Source: an uncultured Candidatus Binatia bacterium
GTDB taxonomy: Bacteria; Desulfobacterota; Binatia; UBA9968; JAJDTQ01
Reading direction: 5' to 3'
DNA length: 64,000 nt
Assembly (NCBI GenBank): GCA_965215605.1
Contig: OZ244070.1
Location: 3,776,001 to 3,840,000 of the forward strand
A program made the position numbers and the translations under genes. Position 1 is the stretch's first letter, and each line of letters starts with the position of its first letter. Positions 51,307 through 59,732 of this stretch are shown piece by piece. A model generated the notes under the pieces. The model did no database searches and had not been told where the DNA came from. It worked only from the letters and a program-made list of their open reading frames with translations.

Positions 51307-52272
51307 ATGCTGGCAAGCCCCATCAGAGGAATTATCGGAGCTGCGCTGACCCCGTTCACGGACGACGGGAAGGTGGACTATGACGCCTTGGCGCGACAGA
51401 TCGAATTTCTCGTAGCCGACTGCGACGCCATCTCCGTGGCCGCGGTCGAAGCCTCGGAGTACACGGTCCTCTCCCTCCAGGACCGGAAAGAGGTCATGCG
51501 GCGCGCCACCGAGATCGTCAACAAGCGCGTGCCGGTCATTCTCGGGGCGTCGAGCCATTCCATCGACACGATCCTCGACCTCGCGGATCATGCCGCCGCC
51601 GTGGGCGGCGACCTCATCCAGGTGCTGATGCCCATCCGTCCGTGGGGCGGGCAGCCCACCATCGCGGATCTGGTACAGTTCTTCACCGAGGTGGCGTCGG
51701 TGAGCCCGTTGCCCATCGTCGCCTATCACAACCCCGGTCCCGGCGCCGACCCACCGCTGGACGCCTTCGTACGGCTCAGCGAGATCGAAAAAGTCGACTA
51801 CTTCAAGGAGAGCTCGCGTGACATCACCAAGATCACGCGCCTCATCGAGCAGATTCAACTGGCCGGCAAGGCCAACTACTTCACCACCATGCAGCCGTTG
51901 CTGACGACGCTCATGATGGGAGGCGCGGGCGCCACCATGCCGCCGCCGGGCACGCGCATCGGCGCCAGGGTGGTCCGCGCGTTCCGGGACGGCGACACCG
52001 ACAAGGCGCGCTACTGGCAGCGCTGCTTTACGCTCTTCCCGGGGAAGTGGGGCGCCTACGGACTGCCGCCGATCATGAAATCCGCCCTGAAGCACTTCGG
52101 GGTCGACATCGGCGACCCAGCCCGGCCCTATTCGCCCGTGAGTCCCCGGGACCACGCCCAGATCGGGCAGTTCCTGGGCCAGATCGGCATCCTGGGCGAT
52201 GGCGAGCCCGACGAAGCCACGTTCGACGAGGCCGCCATCCAGCTTGCCCAGGAAGACACCTTCCTTCGCTAG
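51307..52272 (+). CDS. Dihydrodipicolinate synthase/N-acetylneuraminate lyase family protein
   Basis: LTPFTDDGKVD, LPIVAYHNP, and the Schiff-base Lys in FKESS. Confidence 0.85.
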   Translation: MLASPIRGIIGAALTPFTDDGKVDYDALARQIEFLVADCDAISVAAVEASEYTVLSLQDRKEVMRRATEIVNKRVPVILGASSHSIDTILDLADHAAAVGGDLIQVLMPIRPWGGQPTIADLVQFFTEVASVSPLPIVAYHNPGPGADPPLDAFVRLSEIEKVDYFKESSRDITKITRLIEQIQLAGKANYFTTMQPLLTTLMMGGAGATMPPPGTRIGARVVRAFRDGDTDKARYWQRCFTLFPGKWGAYGLPPIMKSALKHFGVDIGDPARPYSPVSPRDHAQIGQFLGQIGILGDGEPDEATFDEAAIQLAQEDTFLR

Positions 52273-52300
52273 TCCGGATTACGGGAAACGGAAGACACCC

Positions 52301-52510
52301 ATGTCCGGCGGCCTCTTCACCTGGATTACGGAACAGATCAAGACTTGGTCCGACTTTCTGGTGTTGCGCCTCATCCGCGGCACTTCGCGGTTCGAGTCGG
52401 AACTGACCGAGGAAGGCCGCCAGGAACAGCGCATGTGGCGGGACCGGCGCATGCGCAACCTGAAGGGCCTCGCGATTCGAGCCAGGCGGCGGCAGCAACA
52501 GAACTCCTGA
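52301..52510 (+). CDS. Small hypothetical protein
   Basis: 69-aa ATG-started ORF fills the gap, co-oriented with GC3-rich codons, and ends 10 nt before the SQR-like gene. Confidence 0.5.
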   Translation: MSGGLFTWITEQIKTWSDFLVLRLIRGTSRFESELTEEGRQEQRMWRDRRMRNLKGLAIRARRRQQQNS

Positions 52511-52520
52511 CGGTCACGAA

Positions 52521-53678
52521 ATGCACTACCACAACGAACGCAAGCAGATTGTGGTGCTGGGCGGCGGCAGCGGCGGAGTCGTGGCCGCCACCAAGCTCGG
52601 CCGCGCCCTCGGAGCGGATCACGACGTGACCCTCATCGACCGCCGGGCCGATCACGTCTACATGCCCGCGTTCCTGTTCGTGATGGTCGGACAGCGGCGG
52701 CCCGAGGACATCACGCGAAAGCTCAAGCGCCTGGAGAAGCGCAACATCCGGGTGCTTCAGGCGGAGATCCTCGGCATCGACGCCGGCCGCCAGCAGGTCA
52801 TCCTCGAAAGCACCGCCATCCCGTACGATTACCTGATCGTTTCCCTGGGCCTCGAGGTCAGGCCCGACCTGCTGCCCGGCTTCGCCGAGGGGGCGCAACA
52901 TTCATGGGAGATGGACGCGGCCGTGCGTCTCAGGACCACCCTCGACAGTTTCCGCGAGGGGCGCGTGCTGGTGGGCATCCCGCAGGGACCGTACCGTTGC
53001 CCGCCGGCTCCCTATGAGGCCCAGTGGATGCTGGACAGCTACTTCAAGGGACGGACCATCCGCGACTTGGTGGACCTCCAGTACTTCACCCGGGAACCCG
53101 AGCCGGCGGGCGACGAGTACATGCCTTCGGTGTGGATGGACGCACAAAGCAAGAAGCGCAATGTCACCATCCACTACGACTTCGTCGTGCAGTCCATCGA
53201 TGCGGAAAAGAGACGCGTCAAGGGCCTCTACGGCTACGAGTTGTCCTACGACCTGCTGATGATGGTACCGCCACACCGGCCCTCTCAAGTGCTCTACGAC
53301 TGCGGCCTGGCAGAGAAAGAGAACGGCATACGGGTGGACTACGACACCCTGGAGACCAAGTGGGAGAATGTCTACGCCATCGGCGACTGCGCCGACATGC
53401 CCGCCTCCAAGGCCGGCGGCGTGGCGCACCAGGAAGCCGACGTGGTGGCGGACAACCTGGCGGCGGAGATCACGGGGGAAGGGGAGCTATCCACCCTTCA
53501 CCTGCACACCATATGACTGCTTTCTTGCGGCGCGGGACGCGCCGCCGCCAACCGCACCACGTACCCCCAGGGATGGCCGCCTTTCGGCGCCACCGACTCA
53601 CGCTCCTGGGGGCCGTCCCAGATGATCTACTGGAGCAAGGTCCTGTTCGAGAAATGGTGGCTCTGGCGTTACTTTTAG
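52521..53678 (+). CDS. Sulfide:quinone oxidoreductase (type III)/FCSD-like flavoprotein, probable selenoprotein (in-frame TGA at 53514-53516)
   Basis: Motifs IVVLGGGSGG, YRCPPAPYE, VYAIGD and KAG. After the TGA the same frame continues LLSCGAGRA...PSQMIYWSKVLFEKWWLWRYF* (TAG 53676-53678), the typical SQR C-terminal helix. Confidence 0.8.
53527..53545 (+). promoter_or_regulatory. Putative bacterial SECIS element
   Basis: GCGGCGCG-GGA-CGCGCCGC perfect 8-bp stem starts 10 nt after the UGA, with G at the first loop position 18 nt downstream. Confidence 0.7.
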
Positions 53679-53705
53679 CGCCGACATCACCCTGACGAGA
53701 CGGCC

Positions 53706-54743
53706 ATGATCCTCCGCGAGCTCAACGGCGGAAGCTGCAAGACCTACCTGATAGCCGACGAGGGCAGGGGACACGCGGTGCTGGTGGACCCGCTCTACGC
53801 CCACGTGGAGCGGTATATTGCCGTACTCGCCTACCATCGCCTCAAGCTGGACATGGTCATTGACACCCACACCCACGCCGACCATCTAAGCGCGTGCCCC
53901 CAACTTCGATTCCTTCTGGGTCCGCCGTTCGCGATGCAGAAGTGGGCGCCCAGCCCGGCCGTGGACAAGCATCTGGAAGAGGGCGAGGAAATCCCCGTCG
54001 GCGATCTTGTCGTGCGGGTTCTCCATACTCCCGGACACACGCCCGACGGCATGAGCCTGCTGGTGGAAGGGAACGTCCTGACCGGCGACACCTTGTTCAT
54101 CGGCGGCTCGGGACGCACCGACTTCGCCGGCGGCGACGCCGGCGCACAGTACGATGCCGTCACGGGAAAGCTCTTCACGCTCCCGGACGATACCGTCGTC
54201 CGTCCCGGCCACGACTACCGCGGCAACACCGCCTCCACCATCGGCCGCGAAAAAGAAACCAATCCGCGGCTCGCCAACCGCAGCCGTCAGGACTACATCG
54301 ACCTCATGAACAACCTCCAGCTCTCTCCGCCCCAGAACATCCAGGAGGTCCTCCAACCCAATCAGTCCGCCATCAGCAACGAGGAGATCAGTTTTCCCGA
54401 CTGGAGCGAGCTCAAGAAGGTCCGGGAAATCGACGTCCAGGCGCTTCGGCGAATGCTCGATTCCGACGCCCGGCCGCTACTGGTGGACGTTCGCGAACCC
54501 GGCGAGTACTCGGGCGAGCTCGGCCACCTGGCGGGAAGCGTACTGATTCCCCTCCGGGAGCTCATGAACCGCGTAACCGAAATCGCCGAGCACAAGAAAA
54601 CTCCGGTGGTCACCATCTGCCGCGCCGGGATGCGCAGCGCCACCGCCGCGGCGATCCTCGGCAGGTCCGGCTTCAACGACGTCTCCAATCTCGCCGGCGG
54701 CCTGCTGGCGTGGAACGAGGCGCGCCTGCCGGTGGAACGTTAG
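53706..54743 (+). CDS. Persulfide dioxygenase (ETHE1-like MBL-fold) fused to a C-terminal rhodanese domain
   Basis: DTHTHADH, HTPGHT, TGDTLFIGGSGRTDF, and PGHDY; rhodanese part has VDVREPGEY, CRAGMRS and LAGGLLAW. Confidence 0.9.
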   Translation: MILRELNGGSCKTYLIADEGRGHAVLVDPLYAHVERYIAVLAYHRLKLDMVIDTHTHADHLSACPQLRFLLGPPFAMQKWAPSPAVDKHLEEGEEIPVGDLVVRVLHTPGHTPDGMSLLVEGNVLTGDTLFIGGSGRTDFAGGDAGAQYDAVTGKLFTLPDDTVVRPGHDYRGNTASTIGREKETNPRLANRSRQDYIDLMNNLQLSPPQNIQEVLQPNQSAISNEEISFPDWSELKKVREIDVQALRRMLDSDARPLLVDVREPGEYSGELGHLAGSVLIPLRELMNRVTEIAEHKKTPVVTICRAGMRSATAAAILGRSGFNDVSNLAGGLLAWNEARLPVER

Positions 54744-54847
54744 CCGCGCCCAGTTGACCGGAAACCGATTGAGCCAATCACCGGCAGTCAAAGCCCCCCA
54801 AACCCCGAAAACCCCAGCCCCCCCCAGAAGAGCAGGGTATAAGCAGC

Positions 54848-54909
54848 GTATATTATGTCAACCTTAACATCGGCGCAAAGCAGCCGATGTTAAGGTTGAC
54901 ATAATATAC
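54848..54909. repeat. 27-bp perfect inverted repeat with 8-nt loop, AT-rich
   Basis: GTATATTATGTCAACCTTAACATCGGC-GCAAAGCA-GCCGATGTTAAGGTTGACATAATATAC. Confidence 0.95.
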
Positions 54910-54921
54910 ATTATCGGACGT
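54894..54921 (-). other. dif-like XerC/XerD recombination site
   Basis: Minus strand ACGTCCGATAA-TGTATA-TTATGTCAACC compared with E. coli dif GGTGCGCATAA-TGTATA-TTATGTTAAAT; flanking genes converge on it. Confidence 0.8.
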
Positions 54922-55044
54922 TGTTTTCGTGTTGGGGATCAAGGGCTGTCATCGACATTCCTGGAACGAGCCAGACCGTGCGGTCGTGGTATGCGGTCGT
55001 GAGACGACTCATCGAGGAGTCGCGCGCCGGGGACGCGGCAACGC

Positions 55045-55740
55045 TTAGGGTGTGGCCGGCTTGGCGGGTGTACCTGACTCGGCTTCCAATTGCTGCAACC
55101 GTAGCGCGATTTCCACGGTTTCGCCCTCAGGAAACTCCTTGAGATAAGCCATGTAACCGTCCAGCGCGTCTTGGGTCTTGCCCAGACGCGCGTTGCAGCG
55201 GGCCTTGCCCAACATGGCTTCCTGCCGCAGCGGCCCTTGGCGTTCCAGCGCGCTGTCCAGGGACCGTATGGCCTGGTCGCAGGCGTCGTTCATCTCGTGG
55301 GCGAGCCCGAGGGTAACGAGCATGACTTGGCCCACGAAACCGTCGCGCTCCGTGCCGGCTGCATTACTCAGTGCTTCCACCGCCTTGGCGGGCTGTTTTA
55401 GCGCGATATGGCTGTTGGCCACGTAAAGCTCCGCAAGTTGGTCGTATGGCGCCTCACCTTGCGCCCGAAGGTTCCGAAAGGCTTCCAGAGCGGCCTCGTA
55501 GCGGCCCTCCTGATACTCGACGAGAGCCTTGTTGTAGTCCCGCGCCACCAAGTCCCGCTCGTAGCTGCGGTAGTACTGCCATCCGAGCACCGCGACCACT
55601 ATCGCGACGATGGCCGCACCCGTACCGATCAATGGGCGCATGTGGCCCTTAATCCAATCCAGGCCCAGACCCGTCCACACCATGAACCGGTCCGGCTGGC
55701 GTATTTCCTTTCTCAGAATGCGTTTTCTCGGCGCGACCAT
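55045..55740 (-). CDS. YfgM-like membrane-anchored tetratricopeptide repeat protein
   Basis: KEIRQPDRF N-terminus, a single TM ending GWQYY, and TPR-like helices. Confidence 0.75.
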   Translation of the reverse strand: MVAPRKRILRKEIRQPDRFMVWTGLGLDWIKGHMRPLIGTGAAIVAIVVAVLGWQYYRSYERDLVARDYNKALVEYQEGRYEAALEAFRNLRAQGEAPYDQLAELYVANSHIALKQPAKAVEALSNAAGTERDGFVGQVMLVTLGLAHEMNDACDQAIRSLDSALERQGPLRQEAMLGKARCNARLGKTQDALDGYMAYLKEFPEGETVEIALRLQQLEAESGTPAKPATP

Positions 55741-55819
55741 TCAGGCTGTTGCTCCAGTGCTGGCTTGTATATATTACTTGAGCGTCTCAATTTTACTCGC
55801 CTGCTCTTCAAGAAACTCG

Positions 55820-55942
55820 CTAATACTTCTTGGCGTGTAGGTAGATGTCGCATCCGACCGGCGCGGTCACCAGCACGACGACCGCAACCATACCTATGTG
55901 TTCTCTGATCCAATCCAGCATGCGTATTCTCGGCGCGACCAT
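55820..55942 (-). pseudogene. Degenerate duplicate of the 5' end of the TPR gene
   Basis: Reads MVAPRIRMLDWIREHIGMVAVVVLV...* against MVAPRKR...LDWIKGHM in the intact gene; DNA at ~55718-55780 is repeated imperfectly at ~55920-55985. Confidence 0.65.
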
Positions 55943-55966
55943 TCAGGCTGTTTCTCCAGGTCTGGA

Positions 55967-56482
55967 TTACATCTTGTACTTGAAGTCGTCGGGGGACATC
56001 TTGTCCAGGATCTCGCCCCATTTCTCCTTCGATACGTTGGCGAAGTCCGGATCCTTGCCCTCTTCGGTCTGCTGCAAAACGCTGGACTGCTCCAGCACTT
56101 CCTTGGCGACATAGATGGGCGTCTTGCTCCGGAGCGCCATGGCAATGGCGTCGCTCGGCCGCGAATCCATGGCCACCTCGCGGTCCCCTACCAGCAGCGT
56201 GATGACCGCGTAGTAGGTGTTCTCCTTGAGCTCGGTTATGGCCACCCTCTTGACCGAGCCGCCGAGCTCGGAGAGCACATTCTTGAAGAGGTCATGGGTC
56301 ATGGGGCGCGCCATCTTGATCCCCTCGATTTCGGTGGCCATGGCCGTGGCCTCCAGCAGCCCGATCCAGATGGGCAACTGCAGCTTGTTCTCGGAGTCCT
56401 TGAGGACCACGATGGGTGTCCGGGTCACCTGATCGAGTGTCAGGCCCGCCACGGTCATTTCAATTGTTTCAGCACCCTTCAT
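55967..56482 (-). CDS. Bifunctional nuclease family protein (DUF151)
   Basis: LPIWIG..EA, RPMTHDL, and DSRPSDAIAMALR. Confidence 0.92.
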   Translation of the reverse strand: MKGAETIEMTVAGLTLDQVTRTPIVVLKDSENKLQLPIWIGLLEATAMATEIEGIKMARPMTHDLFKNVLSELGGSVKRVAITELKENTYYAVITLLVGDREVAMDSRPSDAIAMALRSKTPIYVAKEVLEQSSVLQQTEEGKDPDFANVSKEKWGEILDKMSPDDFKYKM

Positions 56483-57816
56483 TGCATGACCTCCCTTGCT
56501 CCCACGGCTTCGCCGACCAGTGAATTGGGCGTGGCGCCGACCACGCGAACCCGCGCCATCTCGGCCGGCACAGTGGCTGTGTCCGGCGTGAAGTTGACGA
56601 TCCGGTTGGTCCGGGTCCGGCCCATGAGTTGGTCCCTGCCCAGCCTGGACGGCCCTTCCACCAGAATCTCCTGTTCCGTGCCGACCAGGTTCCGGTTCTT
56701 CCGCAGCGCAATGCCCTTCTGCAGCTCCTGCAGCCGCCGGCAGCGGTCTCCCTTGACCTCGTCGGGCACGTCGTCGCGGTAGACCTTGGCTGCCACCGTG
56801 CGCGGACGCGGCGAATAGGTGAAAGTGAACATGTCGTCGTACTCGACCTCGCGGACCACGGCCAGCGTCTCCTCGAATTCCGCCTCGGTCTCGCCGGGAA
56901 AGCCTACGATCATGTCCGTGGTGATGGCAACCTCCGGCCGGCGCCTGCGTAGCAAGTGGACGCGCTCCATGTACTCGTCGAGCCGGTAGCCGCGGCGCAT
57001 GCGCACCAACACCGGATCGGAACCGGATTGGAGCGGCAGATGGAGGTGCTCGCAGAGGTTCTCGAGCCGGACGAAGGCATCCACCAGCTCAGGCGAGAGG
57101 TCGTGGGGATGGGAGGTGGTGAAGCGGATCCTCCGAATGCCGGGAATGTCGTTGATGCGCTCGAGCAGCTCCGGGAACGACCTCTCCCCTGCCACCGTCC
57201 GGCCGTAGGAATTGACGTTCTGGCCCAGCAGCATCACCTCCTTGACGCCGCGCCTCACCAGCGCCTCCACGTCCCGGACGATGTTCTCGCTGGACCGGCT
57301 CACCTCGCGGCCGCGCACCCGGGGGACGATGCAGAAGCTGCACACCTTGTTGCATCCCTGCATGATGGTGACGTAGGCCTTGGCGCCGTCCGTCTCCGGC
57401 AGTCCCGACGAATCCTCGAGATAGAACGGATCCCGGTAGAAGGCCGTTTCCACCGAGCGCCGGGCCGCTTCCCTGGCCTCTTCGACCATCTGCGGCAGCT
57501 TGTGCATGTTGTGGGTGCCGAACACCAAGTCCAGGTGCGGCGCCCGCCGCAGCAACGCCTCCCCCTCCTGCTGGGCGACGCAGCCCCCCACGCCCAGGAT
57601 GACGCCCTTTTCCTCCTTGAGCGCGCGCCATCGGCCGAGCGCGCTGTAGACCTTCTGCTCGGCCTTGTCCCGCACGCTGCACGTATTCAGGATGATGAGA
57701 TCGGCGTCGTCCACCCGGTCGGTGGGTTCGTAATCGGCGGACTTCATGAGCTGCACGATCCGGGACGAGTCGAGCTGATTCATCTGGCAGCCCCAGGTTT
57801 GCACGTAGAGTTTCAT
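56479..57816 (-). CDS. miaB: tRNA-2-methylthio-N6-dimethylallyladenosine synthase
   Basis: TWGCQMN, NTCSVRDKAEQK, GCVAQQEG, radical SAM CNKVCSFC, FTTSHP, and a TRAM domain. Confidence 0.95.
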   Translation of the reverse strand: MKLYVQTWGCQMNQLDSSRIVQLMKSADYEPTDRVDDADLIILNTCSVRDKAEQKVYSALGRWRALKEEKGVILGVGGCVAQQEGEALLRRAPHLDLVFGTHNMHKLPQMVEEAREAARRSVETAFYRDPFYLEDSSGLPETDGAKAYVTIMQGCNKVCSFCIVPRVRGREVSRSSENIVRDVEALVRRGVKEVMLLGQNVNSYGRTVAGERSFPELLERINDIPGIRRIRFTTSHPHDLSPELVDAFVRLENLCEHLHLPLQSGSDPVLVRMRRGYRLDEYMERVHLLRRRRPEVAITTDMIVGFPGETEAEFEETLAVVREVEYDDMFTFTYSPRPRTVAAKVYRDDVPDEVKGDRCRRLQELQKGIALRKNRNLVGTEQEILVEGPSRLGRDQLMGRTRTNRIVNFTPDTATVPAEMARVRVVGATPNSLVGEAVGAREVMQ

Positions 57817-57956
57817 GGTTCGATGGTTTGACGAAACGATGGATTTACCGCATGTCGCGGTTCCCCGCAACGCAAGGGAAGTATTTCACAGTTCCGGGGG
57901 CTTCGCCATGACCGAGCCGCCGGCGCCCTTTCGCGGATCATACCGGGAGTGTCGGT

Positions 57957-58937
57957 TCACGTGTCCAGTACGCTCGGATGAAAGAGTTCCTCCACCGGAT
58001 AGGGCGCATCGATGAGCGTCTGGTCGGTCAGGTATTTCATGAAGCGTTCGAGGCTGGCGCGGTTGGCGGCGAGGCCCGAGGGCCAGATATCGGCGCCGAA
58101 CAGCGTCCGTTCCTCCTCGAAATCGTTGCGCGCGAACGCCAGTTCCGCATAACCCGGGTCTTCATAGAATCCCGCCGCCTGGGTCTTGGAATCCTCCCAC
58201 ATTTCCATCAGCGCGCGCGGCAGGTCCGGGTGACGGTCGGCGATTTCCTGCTTGTAGACCAGCACGTGCATGATCGGATAATCGCCGTATTTCCTGAAAT
58301 AGCGGGCACATTCTTCCTTGGTGTCGGGGAAGAGCCGGCGGAGCGAGCCGTCCCGCAATCCCTCCAGCAGCTTCTCCGGCGGATGCGGGTGGATCATCAT
58401 GGCCAACTCGCCCTTGATCAGGGCATCCGGCGCGCTGGGCTCGTCGATCAGGGTCAAATCGGCCGCCTCCCGGCCCGGCCAGTCCACAAGCTCGGCGCTC
58501 ATGGTCTGCCAATCGAGCTCCTGCCAGGGAACGCCGTACTCGAAAGCGAGGTCGCCCTTGGCCAGCACCGACATGGTGGTCTGGAAGCTGCGGCAGCAGA
58601 CTTTCCGGCCGATCAGATCGGCCGGCTTGTCGATGCCGGCGGCGGTGCTGACGAACATGTGGTTCTGGCTGAACAGGCGGCGCGGGAACACCGGCGTCGC
58701 CGTGTAGTCGAGCCCGCGGCTCTTGGCGGTCAGATAAGACGAAACCGACATTTCGCAGATGTCGAATTCCTGCCCGCGCATGAAGCGCTTGTGGCGGTCG
58801 ATGCCATCGCGCCGCGGCGGCGCCATGCCGACCTCGAGCACCTTCAGGTCGATGCCGTCCGGGGGCGTGACCATTCCCATGAAAAACGGCACGTGCCGGT
58901 CGTATCGCTCGAGCGCGATGGTCAGTTCTGTCGCCAT
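57957..58937 (-). CDS. 4,5-dihydroxyphthalate decarboxylase-like / periplasmic-binding-fold protein
   Basis: YDRH.PF..G.V, FDICEMS.SSY, PVFPRRLF, and YPIMH; no signal peptide. Confidence 0.75.
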   Translation of the reverse strand: MATELTIALERYDRHVPFFMGMVTPPDGIDLKVLEVGMAPPRRDGIDRHKRFMRGQEFDICEMSVSSYLTAKSRGLDYTATPVFPRRLFSQNHMFVSTAAGIDKPADLIGRKVCCRSFQTTMSVLAKGDLAFEYGVPWQELDWQTMSAELVDWPGREAADLTLIDEPSAPDALIKGELAMMIHPHPPEKLLEGLRDGSLRRLFPDTKEECARYFRKYGDYPIMHVLVYKQEIADRHPDLPRALMEMWEDSKTQAAGFYEDPGYAELAFARNDFEEERTLFGADIWPSGLAANRASLERFMKYLTDQTLIDAPYPVEELFHPSVLDT

Positions 58938-59012
58938 GTCGAGTCTTCCCTTTCTGTCCGGTTACAATGCCAAGCCGCGGCATCGGAATGGAGAGGACAC
59001 TGGTTTGGCGCC

Positions 59013-59705
59013 TCAACGAGCCTGGTATTCCGACAGAAGACTATCACAGGAGGAGAAATCCGTCAGGGTCCGCAGACAGGCGAAGGTTTCGAAATCCAGG
59101 AGAAGATCCCCGTCGCGCCAGAGGAGCAACGCCTTCTCCGGCACATGCCAGACCACACCGCCGATGCGAAGGTCGCCGGGGACGTTGACGAGGAAAAACC
59201 GGGTGGCGCAACCGGAACCGGGGTCAACCCATTGGGTGAAGAAGAAGAGCCGGCCCAGATCGCAATGCAGTTGCTCCCGGACCAGGAAATCGCCGAAGGC
59301 CGGCCCGCCCAGGCTCAAGAACCGACGCTCACGGGGGGTCACCCTTCGTTGCAAGGGCGTCCGCCGCTCCCCCTCGACGGCGAAGACAAGACCCGTGGCG
59401 GCAAGCAGGACCCTGGCGGCGGCAACCCAGCAACCCATGGCGTGCGCGGGAGTCTTCTCGTGTCCAAGCAACCGGTGCGCCGTGGCGCTCGTCAGGCCGT
59501 GGCACCGCCGCAAAGTCCGCGGCGCGTGATCGCCGCTGTCGATACGATCGCCGGGGAAGGACAGATCGCGGCTTCCGGGGCCTGCGGCGGCGGCCATTGG
59601 TCTCGACAGCACCTGAAGACCGAAGCGGCGACTGTCTCGCACGCACACCAGCGCCACCCGGTCAGCACCATCATCCATCGGACACCGTCCGGGCTCCCCC
59701 ATCAC
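59013..59705 (-). CDS. NUDIX-like protein with degenerate Nudix box
   Basis: VL.R, FPGDRID, AAARVLLAATG (catalytic Glu residues missing), QW..P, and TRFFL. Confidence 0.5.
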   Translation of the reverse strand: MMGEPGRCPMDDGADRVALVCVRDSRRFGLQVLSRPMAAAAGPGSRDLSFPGDRIDSGDHAPRTLRRCHGLTSATAHRLLGHEKTPAHAMGCWVAAARVLLAATGLVFAVEGERRTPLQRRVTPRERRFLSLGGPAFGDFLVREQLHCDLGRLFFFTQWVDPGSGCATRFFLVNVPGDLRIGGVVWHVPEKALLLWRDGDLLLDFETFACLRTLTDFSSCDSLLSEYQAR

Positions 59706-59732
59706 CTCCGCGCCCGGACAACCGGCGCTTGC

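Noticed and set aside
53513-53695. Separate small gene starting at the ATG overlapping the SQR TGA (MTAFLRR...)
   Set aside because: That frame gives an Arg/Pro-rich nonsense-like peptide, while the SQR frame gives the conserved C-terminal helix.
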